A DNA stretch of 32,000 nt from contig NZ_BCZP01000007.1 in NCBI RefSeq assembly GCF_001598795.1, forward strand, positions 240,001-272,000, given 5' to 3'. The notes beneath the pieces were generated by a model, which made no database searches, had not been told where the DNA came from, and saw only the letters and a program-made list of their open reading frames with translations. The number at the start of each line of letters is the position of its first letter. The first letter of the stretch is position 1. Of the stretch, positions 9,186 to 16,104 are shown one piece after another. Position numbers and translations under genes: made by a program. The stretch is from Delftia acidovorans NBRC 14950. Its GTDB lineage: Bacteria; Pseudomonadota; Gammaproteobacteria; Burkholderiales; Burkholderiaceae_C.

Positions 9186-10067
9186 TCAGTGCTCGGAGCC
9201 GCCCACGGCGCGCAGCACCACGGGACGGGTGGCGCCGCGCTCGCGCAGGGCCTTGTCGGCGCGCTCCACGCGCAGGGCCTCGAGTTCGCTGCCCAGCAGC
9301 GTGGCGCGCTGCGGCGCCTCGTAGGCACGGCCCTGCGGCAGGGCGGGCAGCGTGAAGCGTTCGGCCACCTGGCCCTGTTCGATGATGGCCACCTCGCTGC
9401 ACAGCGCATCGACCACGGCCAGCTCGTGCGTGACGATGACGATGGTCACGCCCAGGCGGCTGTTGATGTCCGCCAGCGTGGCCAGGATGGAGCGCGTGGT
9501 CTCGCTGTCCAGCGCCGAGGTGGGCTCGTCGCACAGCAGCACCTGCGGGCGCGGCGCCAGGGCGCGCGCAATCGCCACGCGCTGCTTCTGGCCGCCCGAC
9601 AGCTGGGCAGGATGGCTGGCCGCCTTGTCGGTCAGGCCGACGATGTCCAGGCACTCGCGCACGCGCTGCTCGATCTGGGCACGCGAATGGCCACCGTGGA
9701 TGCGCAGCGGAAAGGCCACGTTCTCGAACACGGTGGCGTTCTGCAGCAGGTTGAACTGCTGAAAGATCATGCCGATGTTCTGGCGCGCCTCGCGCAACGC
9801 GCGGCGGCCCAGGTCGGTCAGGCGCTGGCCTGCCACCACCACCTCGCCGCTGTCGGGACGCTCGAGCAGGTTGATCAGGCGCAGCAGCGTGGACTTGCCC
9901 GCGCCGCTCTTGCCGATCAGGCCGAAGACCGTGCCCTGGCCGATGTCCAGTGATACCGAACGCACGGCATCGAAGTGCTTGCCATCGGCTGTTACAAATT
10001 TCTTTTGCAGGTCGCGCAGGCGGATCAGCGCGTTTTCCGGGGCCAAATGGGCGGTCTGAACGGTCAT
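9186..10067 (-). CDS. metN: Methionine ABC transporter ATP-binding protein MetN (short C-terminus)
   Basis: ATG at 10067 ([20 protein letters not shown]...). Motifs: Walker [19 protein letters not shown], signature LSGGQKQR, Walker [12 protein letters not shown]. Only about 50 aa follow the ABC core. Confidence 0.85.
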   Translation of the reverse strand: MTVQTAHLAPENALIRLRDLQKKFVTADGKHFDAVRSVSLDIGQGTVFGLIGKSGAGKSTLLRLINLLERPDSGEVVVAGQRLTDLGRRALREARQNIGMIFQQFNLLQNATVFENVAFPLRIHGGHSRAQIEQRVRECLDIVGLTDKAASHPAQLSGGQKQRVAIARALAPRPQVLLCDEPTSALDSETTRSILATLADINSRLGVTIVIVTHELAVVDALCSEVAIIEQGQVAERFTLPALPQGRAYEAPQRATLLGSELEALRVERADKALRERGATRPVVLRAVGGSEH

Positions 10068-10290
10068 GGAGTCTCGGTTCGGCAGTGAGAACGGTCCTGG
10101 GGTCGGCAACGGCAGCCTTTGCACCGCCATCTCCAGGCAATGGCGCGCAATTTCCGGGCCCTGTGCTGAGGAGTTGGACGCAGTTGCAAACCGATGGGCA
10201 TGCGTTGTCTTGCGTCGTCGCCAAGCACAGGCGAATCCCCAGGATCTGCCGTCATTAGTGTTCTAACGAGTGTGTTGCAAAACGTTGTTC
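10068..10290 (-). promoter_or_regulatory. Long GC-rich leader and promoter region of metNIQ (candidate cis-regulatory RNA, class unknown)
   Basis: About 220 nt separate the AT-rich divergent promoter zone (10260-10320) from the metN ATG. The region contains local hairpins, e.g. cgccat-N9-atggcg on the minus strand. I could not recognise a known riboswitch core. Confidence 0.3.
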
Positions 10291-10365
10291 AAACAAAAGA
10301 ATAAAAAATACGGTGCTTATATCGATTGCCGTCTTTCAAGCCTTGATGTACGGCCTGGACGGCAT

Positions 10366-10374
10366 TGCTAGAAT
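10366..10374 (+). promoter_or_regulatory. Candidate extended -10 promoter element (TGcTAGAAT) for the bioM operon
   Basis: The TGnTAnAAT-like element lies about 80 nt upstream of the bioM ATG at the edge of the AT-rich intergenic zone. TTGATG (10343-10348) is 20 nt away, which is poor -35 spacing. Confidence 0.3.
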
Positions 10375-10453
10375 CCGCCCCCGACAGGCCTGTACAACGG
10401 CAAGATCCCTTGCGGTTGCGTGCATTACAGGTAAGTGCCCGCTTTCCTTTGCC

Positions 10454-11194
10454 ATGCCCGAATCCTCCCGAACTGCCGACCGTCCTGCCAGCACCGCCAG
10501 CCTGCGCGTGGAAGCCGTGCGCCTGCGGCGCGGCATCACAACAGTCTTTGACGGCCTCGACCTGCGGCTGGACGAGCCTCGCGTGGGCCTCATCGGCGAC
10601 AACGGCGCCGGCAAGACCAGCCTGTTCCGCCTGCTGTGCGGCCTGGATGCGCCCGAGGCCGGGCGCGTGCTGCTGGACGGCACCGAACTGCACGAGGCCC
10701 GTGCACAGCGCCCGGGCCAGGTCGGGCTGATGTTCCAGAACCCCGACGACCAGATCATCTTCCCCACCGTGGAGGAAGAGCTGGCCCTGGGTCTGCGCCC
10801 TTCGGGCATCTCGCGGCGCGAGGCCACGGAGCGCGCCCGCGCCCTGCTGGCCAGCCGCGGCCTGGCCGACTGGGCTCCGCGCGCCGTGGCCGGGCTCAGC
10901 CAGGGCCAGCGCCAGCAGGTGTGCTGGCTGGCCCTGCTCATTGCCGCGCCGCGCGTGCTGCTGCTGGACGAGCCCTTCGCCAGCCTGGACCTGCCGGGCC
11001 AGGCGCGGCTGGCCCGCGACATCGCGTCCGCCGAGCAGCAGGTGCTGGTCTCCACCCATGTGCTGGACCACGTGCGCAGCTTTGGCCGCGTGCTCTGGCT
11101 GGAGCGCGGCCAGGTGCGCGCAGACGGCCCCGGCCACGCGGTCTGCGCGGCCTATGAAGCCGACGTGGCCCGCCGGCTGCAAGCGCAGGACTGA
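10454..11194 (+). CDS. bioM: ECF transporter ATPase component (BioM/CbiO/EcfA type)
   Basis: The ORF was trimmed to the ATG at 10454. Motifs: Walker A GDNGAGKTS, the ECF-ATPase hallmark MFQNPDDQIIFPTV, signature LSQGQRQ, Walker B LLLDEP. It is followed by the T and BioY components. Confidence 0.75.
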   Translation: MPESSRTADRPASTASLRVEAVRLRRGITTVFDGLDLRLDEPRVGLIGDNGAGKTSLFRLLCGLDAPEAGRVLLDGTELHEARAQRPGQVGLMFQNPDDQIIFPTVEEELALGLRPSGISRREATERARALLASRGLADWAPRAVAGLSQGQRQQVCWLALLIAAPRVLLLDEPFASLDLPGQARLARDIASAEQQVLVSTHVLDHVRSFGRVLWLERGQVRADGPGHAVCAAYEADVARRLQAQD

Positions 11195-11211
11195 CGCAGG
11201 AGCCGGCCGCC

Positions 11212-11805
11212 ATGGGAAGCCTCTACAGCGAATACACCAGCTGGCTCCATGCCTGGAGCGCGGGCCGCAAGCTGCTGCTCATGGCGCTGCTGGGAACGGG
11301 CCTGTTCCTCATCGATTCACCGTGGCTGCTGGCCCTGGCCGGCGCCGCCTGCGGCCTGCTGTGGCTGTCGCTGGGCCGCGCCACCGAGGGCGCACGGCGG
11401 CTCATGCTGTCGGTCACCGTGGCCGCCCTGCTGGTCGCTGCCTTCCATGTGTGGATGCAGCACTACGCCCTGGCCGCCGCCAGCGCGCTGCGCCTGGTCT
11501 GCGCCTCCACGCTGGGCATGGCGCTGACCGTGAGCACACGCCCCAGCGATCTGGTCGATGTGCTGGAGCGGCTGCTGGCGCCGCTGGAGCGCATCGGCAT
11601 CTCCCCCGAACAGGTGGCCCTGCAGCTGGCATTGATGCTGCGTTTCACCGAGCATTTCGTTGTGCAGTGGAAGCGCATGGACGATGCCCACCGGCTGCGC
11701 ACGGGCCGCGCCGGCGGCCTGCGCCTGATTGCGCCGCTGACCATCCACATGCTGCAGGCCACGCGCCGCGTGTCCGACGCGCTGTGGGCGCGCCTGGGCC
11801 GCTGA
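11212..11805 (+). CDS. bioN: ECF transporter transmembrane T component (BioN/CbiQ/EcfT type)
   Basis: 197-aa hydrophobic protein. AGGAG lies 8 nt upstream of the start, which is 17 nt after the bioM stop. The C-terminal Arg-rich coupling region (AHRLRTGRAGG) and its position between the ATPase and BioY support the call. Confidence 0.7.
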   Translation: MGSLYSEYTSWLHAWSAGRKLLLMALLGTGLFLIDSPWLLALAGAACGLLWLSLGRATEGARRLMLSVTVAALLVAAFHVWMQHYALAAASALRLVCASTLGMALTVSTRPSDLVDVLERLLAPLERIGISPEQVALQLALMLRFTEHFVVQWKRMDDAHRLRTGRAGGLRLIAPLTIHMLQATRRVSDALWARLGR

Positions 11806-11875
11806 GGCCTGCCCTGCCCCATTTCCCGACCGATCCATACGCAAAAGCCTTGCGAGAACCTTCCGAGAACCGTCC

Positions 11876-12469
11876 ATGACCGCCCCCTCCACCGTCTCAC
11901 GCGCCTCTGCGCGCTCCATGGCCCAGGTCTCGCTGTTTGCGGCGCTGATGGCGGTCATGGGCCTGATTCCCAAGATCGACCTGCCGCTGGGCGTGCCCAT
12001 CACCATCCAGTCGCTGGGCGTAATGCTGGCCGGCGTGATGCTCGGCCCCTGGCGCGGCATGCAGTCCATGCTGCTGTTCCTCGCGGCCGTGGCCGTGGGC
12101 CTGCCCCTGCTGTCGGGCGGGCGCGGCGGCATTGCCGTCTTCATGGCGCCCTCGGCCGGCTACCTGCTGGGCTACCCGCTGGCGGCCTGCATTGCCGGCC
12201 TGGTCATGCGTGCGCTGCCCCAGGGCTCGCCCCGGCGCGCGGCGTTCAGCGCCTTTGCAGCCTCGGCGCTGGGCGGGCTGGTGGCCCTGCATGCCTTTGG
12301 CGTGCTGGGCCTCATGCTGATGGCCAAGCTCAGCCTGTCGCAGGCCTTCATGGCCACCTTGCTGTTCGTGCCCGGCGATCTGATCAAGTGCGTGCTGTGC
12401 GCCCTGGTGGTGCACACGGTGGCGCGCGGCATGCCGGACTGGCCGTTCGGAGGCCGCCAGCATGGTTGA
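11876..12469 (+). CDS. bioY: Biotin ECF transporter substrate-specific component BioY
   Basis: The BioY family signature is clear: LFAALMAVMGLIPKIDLPLGVPITIQSLGVMLAGVMLGPWRG ... GYLLGYPLAA ... FVPGDLIKC. The alternative start at 11918 (MAQVSLF) is possible. Confidence 0.85.
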   Translation: MTAPSTVSRASARSMAQVSLFAALMAVMGLIPKIDLPLGVPITIQSLGVMLAGVMLGPWRGMQSMLLFLAAVAVGLPLLSGGRGGIAVFMAPSAGYLLGYPLAACIAGLVMRALPQGSPRRAAFSAFAASALGGLVALHAFGVLGLMLMAKLSLSQAFMATLLFVPGDLIKCVLCALVVHTVARGMPDWPFGGRQHG

Positions 12470-13976
12470 GCCGCTCGCGCCCCACCCGCTGGCCGCGCCG
12501 CTGCAGCACCCGTGGACCCTGGTCCATGGCCCGCTGGAGCATTGGGCCCGGCAGCGCCCCGATGCGATGGCGCTGCAAAGCGAGGCGGGCCAATGGAGCT
12601 TTGCCGCGCTGCATGCCGCCGTGCTGCAGCGCTCGGCCGCGCTGGTGGCCAGCCAGGCGCCAGAGATGCTGCTGCTGGACACGGGCGGCAGCGCCAGCAC
12701 CGTGGATGCCATCGTCGATTTCCTCGCCATCCTGCACAGTGGCCGCTGCGCCGCCGTGGCCGACCCCGATTGGCCCGAGGCCGTGCGCCAGCGCATCGAA
12801 GGCTGGCTGCCCAGCGCGCCCAGCCCGCTGGCCGAGGCCACGGCCACCTGCGCCTTCTACACCGGCTTCACCTCGGGCAGCACCGGCCTGCCCAAGGGCT
12901 TCATGCGCCACCACCGTTCGTGGACAGAGAGCTTTCGCGTCTGCCTCGAGGACTTCGGCGCCGTGGCCGCGCAGCGCACCATGGCGCCCGGGCGCATCTC
13001 GCATTCGCTGTTCCTGTTCGGCGTGATGCAGGGCCTGTGGTGCGGCGAAGGCGCCGTGGTGCAGGAGCGGTTCTCGGCGGCGCGCTGCCTGGCCAGCCTG
13101 GCGCGCGGCGAAGCGCCCTGCCTGGTCGCCGTGCCCAGCCAGTTGCTGCTGATGCTGCAATGGTCCGCACACCGTGCGCTGGCGCCCATCCCCGAGGTGG
13201 AGCTGATCATGATCAGCGGCGCGCGCTGGATGCGCGCCCAGACCCCGGCCCTGCGCGCGCTGTTTCCGCGCGCACGCATCATCGAGTTCTACGGCGCCTC
13301 GGAAGCCAGCTTCATCGCCTGGATGGAGGCCGACGAACAGGCCCCGCCCCAGGCCGTGGGCCGGCCCTTCAGCAATGTGCAGTTGCAGATCCGCCCCGCC
13401 ACGCAGCAGCCCGGCGACCAGCCCCTGCAGCCAGGCGAGGACGGCCTGATCTACATGCGCAGCCCCATGCTGTTCATGGACTATGTGGGCGAGGCGCGCG
13501 ACGGCACGGCCGCGTTGCGCGACGGCGAATGGCTGTCCGTGCGCGACATGGGCCATATCGATGCCGGCGGCCAGCTGTGCCTGGCCGGACGCCAGAGCCG
13601 CATGCTCGTCACCCAGGGCAAGAACCTGTTCCCCGAGGAAGTCGAGACCCTGCTGGCCGCGCATCCGGGCGTGGCCCAGGTCTCCATCCAAGGCCTGCCC
13701 GACGCCCTGCGCGGCATGCAGGTGCACGCCGTCGTGCAATGGCACGGCGCCGCGCCCGCAGGCTCCGCACAGGCGCTGGCGGCCTGGCTGCGCGAGCGGC
13801 TGGAAAGCTACAAGCTGCCGCGCCAATGGTGGAGTTGCGCCGACTGGCCGCAGACCGCCAGCGGCAAGACCGACCACGGCCGTCTGGCGCGCATGCTGGC
13901 GGCCACGGCCACGGCCACCGCCACGGACACTGGCCAGGCACTGCCCGGCGAACCCGCGCTGCTGCCCCTGCCATGA
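12462..13976 (+). CDS. AMP-dependent synthetase/ligase (acyl-CoA ligase, ANL superfamily), substrate unknown
   Basis: Motifs: AMP-binding YTGFTSGSTGLPKGFM, YGASEASF, hinge VRDMGHIDAGGQLCLAGRQSRMLVTQGKNLFPEEVE, and the C-terminal catalytic Lys context ASGKTD. GGAGG lies 8 nt upstream. The start overlaps the bioY stop (ATGGTTGA, 12462-12469). Confidence 0.85.
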   Translation: MVEPLAPHPLAAPLQHPWTLVHGPLEHWARQRPDAMALQSEAGQWSFAALHAAVLQRSAALVASQAPEMLLLDTGGSASTVDAIVDFLAILHSGRCAAVADPDWPEAVRQRIEGWLPSAPSPLAEATATCAFYTGFTSGSTGLPKGFMRHHRSWTESFRVCLEDFGAVAAQRTMAPGRISHSLFLFGVMQGLWCGEGAVVQERFSAARCLASLARGEAPCLVAVPSQLLLMLQWSAHRALAPIPEVELIMISGARWMRAQTPALRALFPRARIIEFYGASEASFIAWMEADEQAPPQAVGRPFSNVQLQIRPATQQPGDQPLQPGEDGLIYMRSPMLFMDYVGEARDGTAALRDGEWLSVRDMGHIDAGGQLCLAGRQSRMLVTQGKNLFPEEVETLLAAHPGVAQVSIQGLPDALRGMQVHAVVQWHGAAPAGSAQALAAWLRERLESYKLPRQWWSCADWPQTASGKTDHGRLARMLAATATATATDTGQALPGEPALLPLP

Positions 13977-15172
13977 ACCCGCAAGACGCCCCCGTCATCC
14001 TGGCCTGGGCGCGCAGCCCCGTCGCCCCCGTGGGCGGTGCGCTGCGCGAGCTTGCCGCGCACGAGCTGGGCGCGCCCGTGCTCCAGGCCCTGCTGGCCCG
14101 GGCCGGCCTGCCTGCCCGGGCCGTGGATGCCGTGGTCTTAGGCAACGCCCTGGGCGCAGGCGGCAACCCGGCCCGCATGCTGGCCCTGGCTGCGGGCCTG
14201 CCGGAGCGCTGCGCGGCCCACAGCGTGGACACTCAATGCTGCTCTGGCCTGGACAGCGTGGCCCTGGCTGCGGGCCTGCTGCTGTCGGGCCAGGCCGATA
14301 TCGTGGTGGCCGGTGGTGCCGAGGCCTGGAGCCGTGCCCCCATCCGCCAGACACGCCCGCGCCATGCAGGCGAGTTGCCCGTCACCTATGACCGCCCCGC
14401 GTTCGCTCCCGACCCCGCACGCGACCCGGACCTACTGCAATCCGCCGCAGACCATGCACTGGCCCACGGCATCACCCGCGCCGTTCAGGAGGCCCATGCC
14501 ATCCACAGCCACGCGCTGGCGCTCGCGCACCGCGACCGGCTGACCCAAGAGATCGTGCCCCTGGCCGGGCTGGACCACGACGCCTATCCGCGCGCCCTGA
14601 ATCCGGCCCGCGTTGCCCGCATGCCCGTGGTGGCCGAAGCGGGCGGCGCCGTTGACGCCCATGCACGCCAGCGCCATGCGCTGAGCACACCCACCATCTC
14701 GCCCAAGGCCGATGGTGCAGCCCTGGTGCTGCTGGCCACGCCGCAGGCCTGTGCACGCCTGGGCCTGCAGCCACGCGCCCGCTGGGTGGCCAGTGCCTCG
14801 CTGGGCCATGCGCCTGAAACACCGCTGGTCGCCGCCGCACTGGCGACCCAACAGGTGCTGGAGCGTGGAGCCGCAGCGCTGCAGCTGCCTTGCCTGACTG
14901 CGGAAGAGCTCCAGGCTGTGGAGCTGCACGATGCCTTCGCCGTGCAGGCCCTGGCCTTTGCCGAAACCCTGGGCCTGCCGCTGCAGCAGCTCAACACCGG
15001 CGGCGGCGGCCTGGCGCGCGGCCATCCTATTGGCGCATCGGGCGCGGTTGCGCTGGTGCGCATGCTCTCAGACCTGCACCGCACGCCAGCAGCCCACAGA
15101 CCGGCCCTGGGCCTGGCCGCCATTGCCGGTGCGGGCGGCATAGGCGCGGCCTGCCTGGTACAGGCACTTTGA
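13973..15172 (+). CDS. Thiolase-fold protein (acetyl-CoA C-acyltransferase-like), non-canonical active site
   Basis: This is the in-frame C-terminal part of the 886-aa ORF. The ATG at 13973 overlaps the ligase stop (ATGA). The thiolase N-domain carries the nucleophile context VDTQCCSGLDS (Cys89, 14237-14239) and His in GHPIGASG (15023-15025). However, NEAF is replaced by HDAF (14927-14938), and the C-terminal CxG Cys is replaced by Ala (IAGAGGIG, Ala at 15125-15127). Confidence 0.85.
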   Translation: MNPQDAPVILAWARSPVAPVGGALRELAAHELGAPVLQALLARAGLPARAVDAVVLGNALGAGGNPARMLALAAGLPERCAAHSVDTQCCSGLDSVALAAGLLLSGQADIVVAGGAEAWSRAPIRQTRPRHAGELPVTYDRPAFAPDPARDPDLLQSAADHALAHGITRAVQEAHAIHSHALALAHRDRLTQEIVPLAGLDHDAYPRALNPARVARMPVVAEAGGAVDAHARQRHALSTPTISPKADGAALVLLATPQACARLGLQPRARWVASASLGHAPETPLVAAALATQQVLERGAAALQLPCLTAEELQAVELHDAFAVQALAFAETLGLPLQQLNTGGGGLARGHPIGASGAVALVRMLSDLHRTPAAHRPALGLAAIAGAGGIGAACLVQAL

Positions 15173-15176
15173 ATCC

Positions 15177-15902
15177 ATGGACTCCGCATTTCCCATGTCC
15201 GCCAAACCACCGTCCGACACCCTTCCCTTTGGCGATGCGCATGAAGCCCTGGTGCACGCGCGCCGCTCCGTGCGCGCCTACCGGCCCGATCCCGTGCCGG
15301 ACGCGCTGCTGCACCAGTTGCTGCAATCGGCCCGCCGGGCGCCCAGCGGCGGCAACCTGCAGCCCGGCCAGTTCATCCAGGTGCGCGGCAGCCTGCGCGG
15401 CGCACTCACACAGGCACTGCTGGCCGACTGGCAAGGCGGAGCGCCTGAGCGCGAGGACTACGGCTACTTCCCCCGCCCCATGCCCATGGCGCTGCGCAAG
15501 CGCCAGGTGGCGTCGGCCCAGGCCCTGTACAGCGCCCTGGGCGTGGCCCGCGAGGACCGTGCCGGGCGCGACGCGCAGTTCGGCCGCAACTACCGCTTCT
15601 TCGACGCGCCCGTGGCGCTGGTCGTGAGCATTGACGCCCGCTTCGGCGCAGGCGGCTACATGGACCTGGGCATGACCCTGTACGGCCTGCAAATGGCTGC
15701 AGCCGCCCAGGGCCTGGGCAGCTGCGCCATCGGCGCCCTGGCCTCCTACCCCGACACCGTGCGCCGCGTGCTCGACCTTGCGCCCGGCGAGCACATCGTC
15801 TGCGGCCTGGCCCTGGGCTGGCCCGACGAGGCCGCCCCCGTCAACCGCACCCAGACCACCCGCGCACCGCTGGGCGAATACTTCAGAGTGCTGGGAGAAT
15901 AA
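15177..15902 (+). CDS. Nitroreductase-family FMN flavoprotein
   Basis: 241 aa. RRSVRAYRPDPVPDALLHQLLQSARRAPSGGNLQPGQF is the classical nitroreductase N-terminal motif. The start lies 4 nt after the thiolase stop; the alternative start at 15195 is possible. Confidence 0.8.
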   Translation: MDSAFPMSAKPPSDTLPFGDAHEALVHARRSVRAYRPDPVPDALLHQLLQSARRAPSGGNLQPGQFIQVRGSLRGALTQALLADWQGGAPEREDYGYFPRPMPMALRKRQVASAQALYSALGVAREDRAGRDAQFGRNYRFFDAPVALVVSIDARFGAGGYMDLGMTLYGLQMAAAAQGLGSCAIGALASYPDTVRRVLDLAPGEHIVCGLALGWPDEAAPVNRTQTTRAPLGEYFRVLGE

Positions 15903-15929
15903 AAAAAGCTGCCGAAATCGGCAGCTTTG
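15901..15929. terminator. Bidirectional hairpin terminator closing the bioM operon
   Basis: Stem agctgccg (15907-15914), loop aaat, stem cggcagct (15919-15926). A7 precedes it and TTTG follows, so the U-run is better on the minus strand. Confidence 0.6.
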
Positions 15930-16104
15930 CGAGCTCGCGCCCACTAGTACGGGTCATGGCGATGGCACCACCAAGGCCCAACTCGGGGACACCGAGGAAG
16001 GGCCTACGCCGGCCGCGCCGCCCCGCACCGAGGGTGTCGTCCCCCTCCCCCGCGAAGCGGGTAGAGAGGGGGAAGGCGCGTCAGCGCCTCAGGGGGTGCG
16101 TTCT

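Noticed and set aside
7559-10224. Over-long ORFs at 7559-9082 (507 aa) and 8452-10224 (590 aa) that appear to fuse transporter genes.
   Set aside because: Only the C-terminal portions look like real proteins (MetQ from the ATG at 8389, MetI from the ATG at 9117). The N-terminal extensions are Arg/Pro/Gly-rich read-through of the neighbouring gene in another frame.
10068-10290. Cobalamin or SAM-I riboswitch upstream of metN.
   Set aside because: I could not find a B12 box-like element or the SAM-I conserved core by eye, so I keep only a generic 'long structured leader' observation pending cmscan.
10270-10453. BirA/BioR-type biotin operator upstream of bioM.
   Set aside because: Only a short dyad, TTGTT-N2-AACAA (10285-10296), is present. 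I found nothing resembling the long TTGTAAACC-type BirA inverted repeat or the TTATMKATAA BioR box, so there is insufficient evidence.
12512-13972. N-terminal 487 codons of the 886-aa ORF 12512-15172.
   Set aside because: This stretch is an out-of-frame shadow of the ligase gene. The thiolase homology starts at the ATG at 13973, which overlaps the ligase stop.
16041-16072. A GC-rich nested hairpin (ccccctc-cccgc-gaa-gcggg-tagag-aggggg) downstream of the orphan metQ, possibly a REP-like element.
   Set aside because: There is only one copy in this window, so repetitiveness cannot be shown. It has no U-run, so it is not a convincing terminator either. It needs a genome-wide search.
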